Below, piece by piece: positions 39,128 to 49,903 of a stretch of 64,000 bases of DNA. A program made the translations under genes and the position numbers. Under the pieces are notes generated by a model that was not told the origin of the DNA, did no database searches, and saw only the letters and a list, made by a program, of their open reading frames with translations. The stretch is from an uncultured Verrucomicrobiae bacterium (GTDB lineage: Bacteria; Verrucomicrobiota; Verrucomicrobiia; Opitutales; JABDGR01): NCBI GenBank assembly GCA_963765205.1, contig CAVXVB010000009.1, positions 32,001-96,000 of the forward strand, read 5' to 3'. Every line of letters starts with the position of its first letter. The stretch's first letter is position 1.

Positions 39128-41538
39128 TCAGCGCGTCTTCATTTTGGGGTCCACGATATCGCGGAGGGCGTCGCCCAGCAAATTAAATGACACGACGGTG
39201 ACAAAGATGGCGAGGCCGGGCAAGAGCATCCACCAGAAATTGAGCATCATAACTTTCATGTCCTGCGCCTGGGCCAGCATCAAGCCCCACGAGGCCGACG
39301 GCTCCTGGATGCCGAGGCCCAAAAAGGACAGCGCGGCCTCGCCGAGAATATACGCGGGGATGGACAAGGTGGCTGCGACCAGCAAATACCCGGCCAGATC
39401 GGCAAAAAATGTTTAAAGAGGATTTTGCCCGTGCTTTGGCCCAGGCATTCGGCGGCGGTGACAAACGGCCGCTCACGCAGTGACAGGCTCATGCCGCGCA
39501 AGACGCGCGCCATACCCGCCCAGCCAATCAGCGAAAGAATCACGATGATGACCAGATACATTTCCGACGAGCCGAAGTGCGGGGCCAGCGCCGCGCGCAG
39601 GGCCATCAGCAGATACAGCGTGGGCATTGCCATGAGGAATTCCACCGCGCGCATGGCGAAAAAGTCGAAGCTGCCCCCAAAATAACCGGCCAGCCCGCCG
39701 ACGAGGAAGCCCATCACGAGGGTGATGCCGATGCCGACCAGCCCGATGGTGAGGGAGATTCGCGCGCCATATAAGAGGCGGGAGAACAAATCGCGGCCCG
39801 TCGAATCGCTCCCCAACAAATAGAGCGGATAGTCGTTGGGGTCGGCGCTGGGGCCGAATTGGGCGGTGAGCGCAGCTTGGTCCACGACGATCAAGTGGCG
39901 ATCCATCTCGAACCACGCCAATATTTTTTCCGCCCAGCTATGCTCCCGCCGGGGTTGCGCCAGTTCCTGTTCTTCGTCGTCGCTGAGGAAATAGCCGAGC
40001 AAGTTATATCGAAAGCCGTGGCCAAAGATCTTCAGGGGCACTTGGGCGCCCGGTTTCTCCTCGTAATGCGCGGTTGGGGGATCCACGTTGGTGTAAACGG
40101 GAGTCCACCAGCGGCCATCATGCCAAGTGAGCCGACTGGGCGAATGGAAAGTGTTTTTGAGGTTAATCAGGCCAATCGGTTGCGTGGAAAGCGTTTCCGC
40201 AAAAAAAGCCGCGAAATAGAATAAGGCCAGAGTCGTTGCCGCAACCGCAATCAAGGGATGCCGGGGCAGGCTGGCCAAAAGCTTTTTGAGGGTGGGCAGG
40301 GAGAACCACAGGAACAGGCCGGCGGCCAGAATTAAAAACACCGCCCCGGCCATCTCCAGCCGGCTAAACACCACTCCTAATTTGTCGGCATCGTCCCAGG
40401 GCAGGGAATAGATGCCGAGACAGGCCATGAGTATTACAGCCACGGCGACGAGCAAGGCCAGATTGGCGCCGCGGTGCTTAGCCCCGGAGCCGGTGTGCAT
40501 TTTTTCCAGGCGGATACGAGGGTCGGACAGGGCGAGGAGAATGTCCGCCAAAAGATTGCCGAGGACGAGCATGACCGAGCCGACGAGCACCGAGGCCATC
40601 ACCACAAATTCATCGTGGCGCAAAAATGCGTCGTAGATCAACCGCCCCAGGCCGGGATAGCTCATCACGATTTCCACCAGCAGCGCGCCAGAGAGCAGGT
40701 TGCCGATGGCCAGGCCGAACGTGGTGATGAGGGGATTGATGGCGTTGCGCAGAACATGGACGAACATAATCCGGCCCTCCGGCACGCCTTTGGCGCGCGC
40801 GGTGGTGACGAATTCCGCGCGCAAATAATCCAACATGCTCATGCGCATGACACGCATCATGCTGGCCACGGTGCCTGCGCCCAAGATCAAGGTCGGCAGG
40901 ATCAAGTGCCAGCCAAAGTCCACCACCCGCGCGCCGGGTGAAAAAAAGTCGGCGTCGTAAGACGAACGGCCGCCGATAGGCAGCCAGCCGGACTTCGCGG
41001 CAGGGATGATGAGCAGCAAACCGAGAAAATATTCGGGAAAAGACAGGGCGCCGTAGGCCAGCATCGAGGTAAAGCGGTCAATGAAGGAATTCTGCCGGAT
41101 GGCGGCCAGCACGCCCAGCGGCACGGCCACGATCCACGCCAGCAGCAGCGAGGAAATTTCCAGCGCCACCGTGGCGGGCACGCGCTGCAGGAGCAGACTG
41201 GTCACCGGCACGCGGTATTCGAAGGATTCGCCCAGACTTGGCGCGCCGAATCTCAAATGCCAGGTGAACTCGCCTTTTTCGTCCACAAACTTCACCGGAG
41301 AGGTGGTGTTGACCCAGTGGAAATAGCGCACATAACCCGGATTGGGATTCCCGTTAAGGTCCTTATAGCCATATTCGCGTTCGAGTTGCGCAATGAGGGC
41401 GGGTGAAATGTCCTTGCGCGCCCGGTATTCGTCCAGCGCATCGCCTGGGGCCAGGCTCATGAGAAAAAACACCAGGATGCTGATCAGCACGAGCAGCGGG
41501 ATCATGGCGAGCAGGCGGCGAATTATAAAAATCAGCAT
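39128..41538 (-). CDS. Fused OppB-OppC ABC permease, with an apparent 1-nt frameshift near 39399
   Basis: An OppB half (MLIFIIRRLL, TARAKG, HVLRNA, LSDPRIR) continues in-frame into an OppC half (LGSDSTGRDLFSRLLYGARISL, KHFLP). The C-terminus (EAALSFLGLG..DIVDPK) is in ORF 39128..39385. Confidence 0.85.
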
Positions 41539-41540
41539 GG

Positions 41541-43424
41541 CTATTTTTGATTGGCCGGCTCTTCCCACAATTCCTCGAGGTTCCAAATGATGGAGCCGGA
41601 GGGCGGCACCCGCACATTTTGCCACTTGTTCTTGATGGCTTCATACTGGTTGGGCGCGACGATATACAACAGGGGACATTCATCGGCCAGGATCTCCTGA
41701 ATTTGCCAGAAATCCTTTTTGCGCTCGGTCTGGTCGAAGGTGCGTTCCGAGGCGTCCATCAGATCGTCAATCTGCTTTTCCCAAGGGGTGGCGGGGGTCG
41801 GTTCCTGAGGATACCACTCGTGATTTTCGCCATCGCTGCGCAAGAGCGATTTATTGCCCGACGGGTCCCCTTCACCCTGCGACGAACCCCAGCCAATCAG
41901 CGTCATCTCGTAGTCGAAACTGTTAGTTACTTTTTGCAGCAAGAGGGAAAAGTCCACGAAGGTCATCTTCAGATTGATACCGAGGTCCTGCAGGTTTTGT
42001 TTGAGGATGGTGGAAATGTCCTTGGGCCGGCGGCCGCCTTCCGCCAGCAGCAAATTGATTTCGACCTTGTGTCCGTCCTTGTCCACCAAGTCGCCTTGGT
42101 CATCGTGTTTGAAGCCGGCCTCGGTCAACAGCTCCTTGGCCTTGGCGGGGTCGTAGGGATATTGAGGCAGGTTGGGGGCATGCCAGTGCGGGTTGCCCTG
42201 GTTGATGAGCGAATCCGAAGGCTGGGCCATGTCGAAGTAAACCCCGTGGACAACGCCTTCACGGTTAAAGGCATACATGATGGCTTGGCGAAAGCGCTTA
42301 TCCGAAAACCAGGCGAGTTTATACGGTTCAACATAGGGCTTGCCGTTCTTGTCTTTGCCCGGGTTAAGGTTGAACCAGTAAAAGATGGCATCCGGCATGG
42401 GGCCCATGTCGTGGATGGTAAAATCGTAAATTTTCTGCGTTTTTTTGACCCAAGCCAGGTCGGTGCCGGGAATGCCGGGGTTCCATTCCGCCTCAGATTG
42501 CCCGGTGGCAAAATTCATGATCTCTTGTTCGGCGGTGGCCACTTTCTGAACGATGAAAAAATCCACATAGGGCAGGCGCTGGCCGGCGGAATCAGCGCGC
42601 CAGTAATACGGGTTGGGCGCATACACCACGCGCTCCGCCGGCTTGAAGGACTTGATGACAAACGGGCCGGTGCCCACCAGTTGCTCGGGGTGGTCAATGG
42701 CGGTTTGGGTGGACCATTGCTTGAGCAGCGAGCCATCCTTGAACGCCGTTTCCAGCTTGTGCTTCGGCAGGATGAGGATGTTGTTCATGTCATTGACGAA
42801 CGGCGAATAAACCACTGGCGTGATGATCTCGACCGTGTAGTCGTCTATTTTGCGGTATTGGGGAATTTCGCCGTTGAAGGTGAATTGGTCATACATCTCG
42901 TTCGGGTAGAGCGGTTCTTTTTCGCCGGTGGCGGAGTTGGCTTTCTGGGTGAAGACGCAGTCGAGGGTGAAAATCACGTCGTCGGCGTTGAACGGCACGC
43001 CGTCGCTCCATTTGACGCCCTTGCGCAGGTGGAAGGTATAGGTCTTTTTGTCGTCGCCAATGTTCCACGAGGTGGCCAGGGCGGGAATCATCGTGGCCGT
43101 CATCGGGTCATAGTTGACCAGCGGTGATTGGAAATACATCTCGGCGTTCTGCGAACTTTGGTCGCCCCCTGGAATGAGGAAATTGAACGTCTTCGGTTCG
43201 TCAATGTCCACTTCCACAAACGTGCCGCCGTATTTGCCGGGCGGGGTCTTGGAAATGTCCATCTCCTCGCCCGGCCCCGGGGGTGCGCCGTGGTTGGCGA
43301 CTGGTGGGGGCTTGCAACTGGTGAGCAAGGCAACCACCGGCACCAGCGCCGCCCAAAAGCCAATTTGGCCGCTTGGGTGGCGGCGGCGCGGGGTGGGTGG
43401 GCGGGTGCGGGAACGGCGGAACAT
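41541..43424 (-). CDS. Oligopeptide ABC transporter substrate-binding lipoprotein (family 5)
   Basis: Lipobox [32 protein letters not shown] and FRQAI. Confidence 0.92.
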   Translation of the reverse strand: MFRRSRTRPPTPRRRHPSGQIGFWAALVPVVALLTSCKPPPVANHGAPPGPGEEMDISKTPPGKYGGTFVEVDIDEPKTFNFLIPGGDQSSQNAEMYFQSPLVNYDPMTATMIPALATSWNIGDDKKTYTFHLRKGVKWSDGVPFNADDVIFTLDCVFTQKANSATGEKEPLYPNEMYDQFTFNGEIPQYRKIDDYTVEIITPVVYSPFVNDMNNILILPKHKLETAFKDGSLLKQWSTQTAIDHPEQLVGTGPFVIKSFKPAERVVYAPNPYYWRADSAGQRLPYVDFFIVQKVATAEQEIMNFATGQSEAEWNPGIPGTDLAWVKKTQKIYDFTIHDMGPMPDAIFYWFNLNPGKDKNGKPYVEPYKLAWFSDKRFRQAIMYAFNREGVVHGVYFDMAQPSDSLINQGNPHWHAPNLPQYPYDPAKAKELLTEAGFKHDDQGDLVDKDGHKVEINLLLAEGGRRPKDISTILKQNLQDLGINLKMTFVDFSLLLQKVTNSFDYEMTLIGWGSSQGEGDPSGNKSLLRSDGENHEWYPQEPTPATPWEKQIDDLMDASERTFDQTERKKDFWQIQEILADECPLLYIVAPNQYEAIKNKWQNVRVPPSGSIIWNLEELWEEPANQK

Positions 43425-43604
43425 GACGCGGGGACGGGCGGACTGTCGGACAAACGGGATTATATCGCGGATTCGCCGGAACTAATCAATCCCACAATAC
43501 CCGCCAGGTTGCGCGCTTGACGTTGTTTTCTTAAAGTTCCATCTATTAATCCTACGGCTAATAAACCCGTTTGCCTGCCGGAATATTGCCAACCTCATCG
43601 GCCC

Positions 43605-44723
43605 ATGTCTCTGTTGCGTCCGCGTTTGCGCTCCCTGGCTCCAACCCTTTGCGGCGTCGCCACGCTGGGGTTGCTGAGTGCGTTTACTATCGTGGCGGGC
43701 CAGGCCCAAACTCAACCGCCCGCGGCTTCGGCCTCTGCACCTGTGGCGTCCGTAGTTGCCCCGACTGTCGCCGCTTCATCATCGCCCGCTAGCACCATAC
43801 CACCCGCAGCTTCCGGCCTGCGTGCGCGCGGTGCCCGCGGGTCGGCCGCGCCCGCCGCGCCGGTGGCCACGATTCCGCGCGATGCGCTGCCGTTTGTGCC
43901 AAAGGATTTTACAGCGGTTAATCCGAAGCTCCCGACGCTCGTCATCGCGGGCGACTCGACCGCGCAGACCGGCGACAACGCCCATCGCGGCTGGGCGGCG
44001 TTGCTGAATGATTATTTCGACTCGACCAAAATCAATCTGGTCAACCCGTCCATTGGCGGACGCTCGTTCCGCACTTTTTATCACGAAGGCCGCTGGGACC
44101 AATTGGTCGCCGGCCTCAAGCCCGGCGATATTGTCATGATCCAATTCGGCCATAATGACGGCGGCAACGTCCACAATGCCAATGGCCGCCCCGATTTGCC
44201 GGGCATGGGGGACGAGACGGAATCGGTTACCCTCGCCAACGGCACGACCGAGGTCGTGCACACTCTTGGTTGGTATCTCAAGAAATTCATCGCCGACGTA
44301 CGGGCAAAAGGCGCGACGCCCGTGGTTATGGCCGCCACGCCCTATAATCACTGGCTCAACGGCGTCTTCCTCCACCAGCCCGGCGATTTGTCCGCCGTGC
44401 AAAAGCAGATCGCCGACGACGAAAAAGTTCTCTACCTCAACCACACTGACATTATCGGCGACCGTTACGATCAACTGGGCCAGGAGGTCGTGCAGCCATT
44501 GTTCGGTGACGGCATCCTGCACACGACCACCCTTGGCGCCATCGTCAACGCCGAGGCCTTCATCGCCGGGATCAAAGCGCTGCAAATTAAAACGCTAACG
44601 GACGCGCTCAATGACAAGGGCCAGGTCATCGCGGTGTATAAGCCGGTGCCAGCCAAGCCTGCGCTTGATTGGGTGCCAACAATCGTACCGGCATCGGCCG
44701 CGGCATCTGCTGCTGCAAAATAA
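43605..44723 (+). CDS. SGNH/GDSL esterase (rhamnogalacturonan acetylesterase-like), secreted
   Basis: IAGDST, GGRSFRTF, IQFGHND and DGILHTT. Confidence 0.85.
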   Translation: MSLLRPRLRSLAPTLCGVATLGLLSAFTIVAGQAQTQPPAASASAPVASVVAPTVAASSSPASTIPPAASGLRARGARGSAAPAAPVATIPRDALPFVPKDFTAVNPKLPTLVIAGDSTAQTGDNAHRGWAALLNDYFDSTKINLVNPSIGGRSFRTFYHEGRWDQLVAGLKPGDIVMIQFGHNDGGNVHNANGRPDLPGMGDETESVTLANGTTEVVHTLGWYLKKFIADVRAKGATPVVMAATPYNHWLNGVFLHQPGDLSAVQKQIADDEKVLYLNHTDIIGDRYDQLGQEVVQPLFGDGILHTTTLGAIVNAEAFIAGIKALQIKTLTDALNDKGQVIAVYKPVPAKPALDWVPTIVPASAAASAAAK

Positions 44724-44819
44724 GCTGAATTGCCTACCCGGCTGACGCGGATGGTGGGGGGGACGGTTTGCCCGCGTAATGTTGGGGTAACTATCAACCT
44801 GCTACGATTAACCTTCCCT

Positions 44820-46073
44820 ATGAAAACCCTATCTCGTTTGTCCTTCCCCCTCTTTACCGCTGCGTTGGCCCTGCCGGCCTTAACTGGTTTCGCCCAAACC
44901 GCACCCGCTGCCACGTCTGCCCCGGCGGCTGCGGACCAGCCCTACAAAGTTCTCGCCACCACCCAAATTCCCGCCTCGGGTGGGATTGACTATATCGCGG
45001 CGGACAGCCTCAACCGCCGCGTCTATTCCGCTTCCGGCAGCGTGGTCAGTGTGTTCGACCTCGACACCTACAAGTTGGTGGGCAGCCTGCCCAATGCGTC
45101 CGGCCATGGCGTGGCGCTCGACCCGGAAAACCACACGGGCCTCGTCTCCGGCACCAACGCGGTCTTTTTTAACACCCAGACCCTCCAGCCGATAAAAACG
45201 GTGCAGGCGCGCGGCGCGGACGGCTATCTCTTCGATCCTTTTACCCATCACTTCATTATTCTCAGCCACGGCGCGCCCAACCTTCACGTATTTGATTCCA
45301 AAGACGGTACCGATGTCGGCACCGTGGACGCAATTGGCAAGGACGGCAGCAACGCCGCGGTGGAGCAAGGCGCCACGGACGGCCAGGGCAATCTTTATTT
45401 TGACGTCGAAGACCAGGGCTGCATCGCCGTGGTGGACGCCAAGACCCTCAAAGTAACCGCGGAATACGACTTGGGCCCCAAAGGGGCCGGGAATGCGGGT
45501 TTGGCCATTGACGCCAAGAACCACATTCTTTTTGCGATGTGCCGTGGGGCGGGCGGTCGCGGAGCGCCGGCGGGTGGGGCGGCTTCCAGTGGGCCGACTT
45601 GTGTGATCCTAAGTGCCACCGATGGCAAAATCATCACCACGCTACCGCTCGCCGGTGGCAGCGACGGCGCGGTCTTCAACCCCAATACCATGGAAGCCAT
45701 TAGTTCTTCCGGCGGTGGCAATGGCACCCTGTCCATCATCAAGGAAAATAGTCCGACGGATTTTGTGGTGGAAGACACCGTGACGACCAAATCCGGCGCC
45801 AAATGCTGCACGCTGGACACCAAGACCAATCACATCATCGTGCATACCACAGAGAGGGCTCCGGCGCCCGCCGTTCCAGCGGCTTCGGCTGCCTCTGCGG
45901 TGGCTTCCGCTCCAGCGATGGCGGCGGCTGCAGCTTCGGCTTCCGCCGCCCCGGCCATGGCATCGGCTTCCGCATCGGCTCCGGCAGCGTCCGGCGGTCG
46001 GCGTGGTGGTCGCGGCCCCCAGGGCCCCCAGACGCTGGATATTATCTTTGTTGGTCGCGATAGCGCGAAATAG
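44820..46073 (+). CDS. Secreted YncE-like beta-propeller protein (paralog 1)
   Basis: Signal peptide; GGIDYI, HGVALD, GLAIDAKNHILF, DGAVFNP and TKSGAKCCTLD. Confidence 0.8.
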   Translation: MKTLSRLSFPLFTAALALPALTGFAQTAPAATSAPAAADQPYKVLATTQIPASGGIDYIAADSLNRRVYSASGSVVSVFDLDTYKLVGSLPNASGHGVALDPENHTGLVSGTNAVFFNTQTLQPIKTVQARGADGYLFDPFTHHFIILSHGAPNLHVFDSKDGTDVGTVDAIGKDGSNAAVEQGATDGQGNLYFDVEDQGCIAVVDAKTLKVTAEYDLGPKGAGNAGLAIDAKNHILFAMCRGAGGRGAPAGGAASSGPTCVILSATDGKIITTLPLAGGSDGAVFNPNTMEAISSSGGGNGTLSIIKENSPTDFVVEDTVTTKSGAKCCTLDTKTNHIIVHTTERAPAPAVPAASAASAVASAPAMAAAAASASAAPAMASASASAPAASGGRRGGRGPQGPQTLDIIFVGRDSAK

Positions 46074-46142
46074 TCCAATGCGGCAAGGATGCCCGGCATA
46101 ATGTTCCGGCAACCCTTAACCTGCTATTTTTAATCTCCTTCC

Positions 46143-47342
46143 ATGAAAACCCCGTCACGTTTTTTCTGCCTGCTCTTGGTTTCCGCGTTCGCCCCGTCGG
46201 CGTTTACCAGTATCGCCCAAACTGCTCCGGCCGCCGCTCCGGCGGCTACCGCCGCCAAGCCCTACTCCGTGCTCAAGACGGTGAAAATTGACCCCGCGCC
46301 GGGCGGCATTGATTATGTGTTCGCGGACGCGGATGGCCGCCGCCTCTATGTCCCCCGCGCCACGCGCGTCTCGGTCTTTGACCTCGACAGCCTCAAGCCC
46401 GTCGGCGAAATCGCCGGCGCCGCCGGCGTGCATGGGGCGGTGGTGGACCCGGAATACCACACCGGCTTTTGCAGCAGCAACCCCGTCGTGATGTGGAACA
46501 CGCAAACCCTGGCGCAGATCAAAACCATCCCCGTGCAAGGCCGGCCCGACGGAATTCTGTTCGACGCCCCGACCCATCACGTTTTCATCCTCAGCCACAG
46601 CCAGCCCAACTTGATCGTCCTTGACGCCAAGGACGGCACGATCGTCGGCACAGTGGACCATCTGGGCAAGGCGGATGCCAACGGCAATCCGGATTCCGTC
46701 GGCTCCGTCGAGCAAGGCGCGAGCGATGGCAACGGTCACCTTTATTTCGACCTTGAGGACCAGGATTGCCTCGCGGTCGTGGATGCCAAGACCCTGAAAG
46801 TCACCGGACACTACGATGTCAGCAGCAAGGCCGGCGGGCCGGGCGGCCTGGGGATTGACGCCAAGAATCACCTCCTCTTTGCCATGTGCCATGATCCGGC
46901 GACTTGCGTGGTGCTCAGCGCCGACGATGGCAAAATCCTCGCCGCCTTGCCCATTGGCGAGGACTCGGATGCCGGCACTTTCAATCCCAACACCTTGGAA
47001 GCCTTCAGCTCCAACAACGACGGCACCCTCAGCATCATCAAGGAAAACAGCCCGACCGAATTTTCGGCGTCAACGCTGGCCACCCGGCCAGGCGCCAAAA
47101 CCTGCACGCTTGATGCCAAGACGAATCAAATCATTTTGATCGCCACGGAAGCCGCGCCCCCGGCAGCGGCTGCGTCGGCCTCGGCTTCCGCAGCTCCGGC
47201 AGCGGCCTCCGCCTCGGCGGCAGGCTCGACCCCGGCGATGGCGGCGGCCCCGGCGGCGAGCGGCCAACGTGGTGGGAGGGGCGGTCGTGGTGGTCGTGGT
47301 GGCGGCCCGCAGATTCTGGACATCCTCGTTGTTGGCCGGTAA
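46143..47342 (+). CDS. Secreted YncE-like beta-propeller protein (paralog 2)
   Basis: Same motif order as the upstream paralog (GGIDYV, HGAVVD, GLGIDAKNHLLF, TRPGAKTCTLD). Confidence 0.8.
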   Translation: MKTPSRFFCLLLVSAFAPSAFTSIAQTAPAAAPAATAAKPYSVLKTVKIDPAPGGIDYVFADADGRRLYVPRATRVSVFDLDSLKPVGEIAGAAGVHGAVVDPEYHTGFCSSNPVVMWNTQTLAQIKTIPVQGRPDGILFDAPTHHVFILSHSQPNLIVLDAKDGTIVGTVDHLGKADANGNPDSVGSVEQGASDGNGHLYFDLEDQDCLAVVDAKTLKVTGHYDVSSKAGGPGGLGIDAKNHLLFAMCHDPATCVVLSADDGKILAALPIGEDSDAGTFNPNTLEAFSSNNDGTLSIIKENSPTEFSASTLATRPGAKTCTLDAKTNQIILIATEAAPPAAAASASASAAPAAASASAAGSTPAMAAAPAASGQRGGRGGRGGRGGGPQILDILVVGR

Positions 47343-47405
47343 AGCGCCGGCCCGTCTGGCGGGGTCCTCGCTCACAACCTCCGCTCGAACTTGGACTCAA
47401 GACCA

Positions 47406-48254
47406 CTACTGGATAGAGCTGAGGGCAACGCGGAAGCCGAGGGAGTGGCTGCGGCGGTCGGAAGCGAGGTCGCCGTGGCGGTCCGCCGAGCGGCAATCCA
47501 CGGCGGCGTTGCTCCAACTGCCGCCGCGATGAACGCGGTTGGTGCCCGAGGTGGGACCCGTGGGATCGGTTACCGAGCCGCCCGGATAGTCCCCATACCA
47601 GTCGAGGATCCATTCCCACACTTCGCCGTGCATGTCGAAAAGGCCCCAGGCATTCGGTTGCTTGGCACCCACCGGATGCGTGGTCTTGCTGCTGTTCTGG
47701 ACATACCAAGCCATTGTGTCGAGGTCGCCCGCATACGGCCCGGTGGTGCCCGCCCGGCAGGCATATTCCCATTGCGCTTCCGTCGGCAGTGTGAAAATAT
47801 AGCCATCCGGCAAACGCCCAGCGGCCCGCTCCCGTTCGGTCAGCTTTTGGCAAAAAGCCATGGCTTCATCCCAGGTGACGTTCTCCACCGGTGCGTCCGG
47901 CCCCGCCGCCTTGAAGTAGCTGGGATTCGTTCCCATCACCGCCTCATATTGTCCCTGGGTCACATCCGTTGCGCCGAGGTAAAAATCCTTGGTCAGGGTC
48001 ACGCGGGTCTGCGGCCCTTCGTTATTCGAGCGGCCCGCTTCGTCAGGGGGGCTGCCCATTAAAAATGTGCCAGCGGGAATTTGCACGAGTTTGATGCCGG
48101 TGTCGGCGGCGAATTGAGAACGCAGGGTGGTCAATTCAGCCGAAACGGACGAAGGCCCGGCGACCTGGCAGCCTGGGCCGGCCGCGAGCGCGAAAAAGAA
48201 AACGAGCACGACACTGGCGTGTAGTGGGCAAAGTTTACTTTCTTGGGCCGTCAT
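47406..48254 (-). CDS. FGE-sulfatase/SUMF1-domain (C-type lectin fold) protein, probably exported
   Basis: IPAGTFLMGS, PVENVTW, LPTEAQWEYACRAG, NAWGLFDMHGEVWEW, RGGSW and LGFRV. Confidence 0.9.
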   Translation of the reverse strand: MTAQESKLCPLHASVVLVFFFALAAGPGCQVAGPSSVSAELTTLRSQFAADTGIKLVQIPAGTFLMGSPPDEAGRSNNEGPQTRVTLTKDFYLGATDVTQGQYEAVMGTNPSYFKAAGPDAPVENVTWDEAMAFCQKLTERERAAGRLPDGYIFTLPTEAQWEYACRAGTTGPYAGDLDTMAWYVQNSSKTTHPVGAKQPNAWGLFDMHGEVWEWILDWYGDYPGGSVTDPTGPTSGTNRVHRGGSWSNAAVDCRSADRHGDLASDRRSHSLGFRVALSSIQ

Positions 48255-48313
48255 TGCGGGGATTGGAGGAATGGGAATTTTTGACCACTCGATGGGTATC
48301 CGTCGAGGTTCTT

Positions 48314-49171
48314 TTACGTTGTCTCGCGGTTCATTATCTGAATGACGAGCGCGGTCGTATTGTCACGGCCATCTTTCTCCAGCGAGGCGTCCACCAGGCG
48401 CTCTGCGAGGTTGGCGTTGGTTTCCGGGGAGGGTGGGGAGCGCAAAAGTTCAGCGAGCTGGCCGTCATAAAGCCCCTCATTCAGGCCGTCGGAGCAGAGC
48501 AAAAAGGTATCCCCGGCCTCATACGCTACCGCGCCGACTTGGGGGTCCACGAACTGGTTGCCGCCGCCCAGTGCTTTTTGCAGCACATTCCGTCGCGGGT
48601 GGGTGCGGGCTTCGCGTTCATTGAGCATCCCGCGCCGGAAGAGCCAGCCGACGTGCGTGTCATCGTGGCTGAGTTGCTTGATTTCGCCGGCTTGGGCGGG
48701 CAAATAGTAAATCCGGCTGTCGCCGACGTGGCCGAAGTGCATCCATTCCGGCGTAAACCAGCACAAGCTCAGGGTGGTTTCCATGCCCGCGCATTCCTCG
48801 TAACTTTCCCCGAGGTGGGCGAGGGCCTGGTGGATTTGGCCGAAAAGCTCCGTCAACACATCTTCAAAACTAGTGGCTAAGCCGACGGCCGAATGCCGGA
48901 ACTCGCGCGGCAGCAGGGTAGTGATTTTTTCCACGGCAATCCGGCTGGCTACTTCCCCGGCGCGCGCCCCACCCATGCCGTCGCACACCGCGAAAGCCAG
49001 GTCGGCATTGCGGGTCGAGGCTTCCCCGATTTTTCCCAGGCGGTGAATCTCCCGTCCGTCGAATTGCAGCCCGAGAAAAGCGTCTTCGTTGTTGGGGCGG
49101 ACCTTGCCGCGATCCGTCCGGCCGAACCATTGCAGGCGGGCGGAAGTGAGGGCTGGGCGGTGGGGTTCCAT
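48314..49171 (-). CDS. PP2C/PPM-family Ser/Thr protein phosphatase
   Basis: TDRGKVRPNNED, VCDGMGG, HVGDSRIY, LCSDGL and GRDNTT. Confidence 0.92.
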   Translation of the reverse strand: MEPHRPALTSARLQWFGRTDRGKVRPNNEDAFLGLQFDGREIHRLGKIGEASTRNADLAFAVCDGMGGARAGEVASRIAVEKITTLLPREFRHSAVGLATSFEDVLTELFGQIHQALAHLGESYEECAGMETTLSLCWFTPEWMHFGHVGDSRIYYLPAQAGEIKQLSHDDTHVGWLFRRGMLNEREARTHPRRNVLQKALGGGNQFVDPQVGAVAYEAGDTFLLCSDGLNEGLYDGQLAELLRSPPSPETNANLAERLVDASLEKDGRDNTTALVIQIMNRETT

Positions 49172-49183
49172 GGCGGCGGGCGG

Positions 49184-49567
49184 TTACTCGAAACCGGGCA
49201 GGATGGTGGATAGCTCGAAATCAATCACGCAAAATCGCCCGTCGCGGGGCCGGTAGGTCACGTTGCGCAGGTCCGCATCGTCGTGGCGCACGCCGTATTT
49301 TTCCAACTCGGCAAACAGTTCCTGGAGGCGCTCGGCATCCAGGTGTTCGACACGGTTGCCGCAGTTGGTGGTGACGATGCGTAGTTCCGTTGGGACGGCT
49401 TCAAGCAGGCGGGGGGTAAAGGGGCAACCCCGCGCCGCGAGATGGCGCAGCACCCGCACTTCGTTCTCAAAACGCTGCGCCGCATCGGGCCCGTGGTAAG
49501 CCTTATACACCCGTCCGTCATAAGACAGGCGGACAGTGGATCGAAGAGTGTCTTTGACCAGCTCCAT
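49184..49567 (-). CDS. Minimal protein-kinase-like (RIO/Kdo-like) protein, 127 aa
   Basis: VYK (Lys), FENE (alphaC Glu), RHDDADLRN catalytic loop and VIDFE; 12 nt upstream of the PP2C gene. Confidence 0.72.
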   Translation of the reverse strand: MELVKDTLRSTVRLSYDGRVYKAYHGPDAAQRFENEVRVLRHLAARGCPFTPRLLEAVPTELRIVTTNCGNRVEHLDAERLQELFAELEKYGVRHDDADLRNVTYRPRDGRFCVIDFELSTILPGFE

Positions 49568-49788
49568 GGAAGAAAACTGTAGCCTGCACGGGCGAGGCAG
49601 TAGTCACTATGGCTGGTTTCATTTATTTAGGGAAGCCGCATTGGCGGACTGCCCGTTGGGAATAAGGTTTGCTCCGCTGGGCAAAATAATCGCTGCGCCC
49701 TATCGTTTGAGCCAATTTGGCGGCCAAATATTTGAATTATATTCAAGAAGTAAACATTTGCATATATTTCGTGTTTATTTTGTTAAAA

Positions 49789-49804
49789 TGGCATCATAAT
49801 TGCT
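49789..49804 (+). promoter_or_regulatory. Putative sigma54 (-24/-12) promoter of glutamine synthetase
   Basis: TGGCATCATAATTGCT has GG-N10-GC spacing, follows an AT-rich tract and lies 100 nt upstream of the ATG. Confidence 0.7.
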
Positions 49805-49903
49805 TGAAATTCTCGTTCTTGGCGTCGTAATTTCAGTTGCCAAGAGGCGCTTTGCGAACTACCGACAAACCTCGGTTCCCTAAATCCATAATACAAACCT
49901 ACC

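Noticed and set aside
47406..48254. FGE-sulfatase gene as a diversity-generating retroelement target
   Set aside because: No template repeat or reverse transcriptase was seen in the window.
49620..49740. NtrC enhancer sites upstream of glnII
   Set aside because: Only weak partial matches to TGCACC-N5-TGGTGCA were found.
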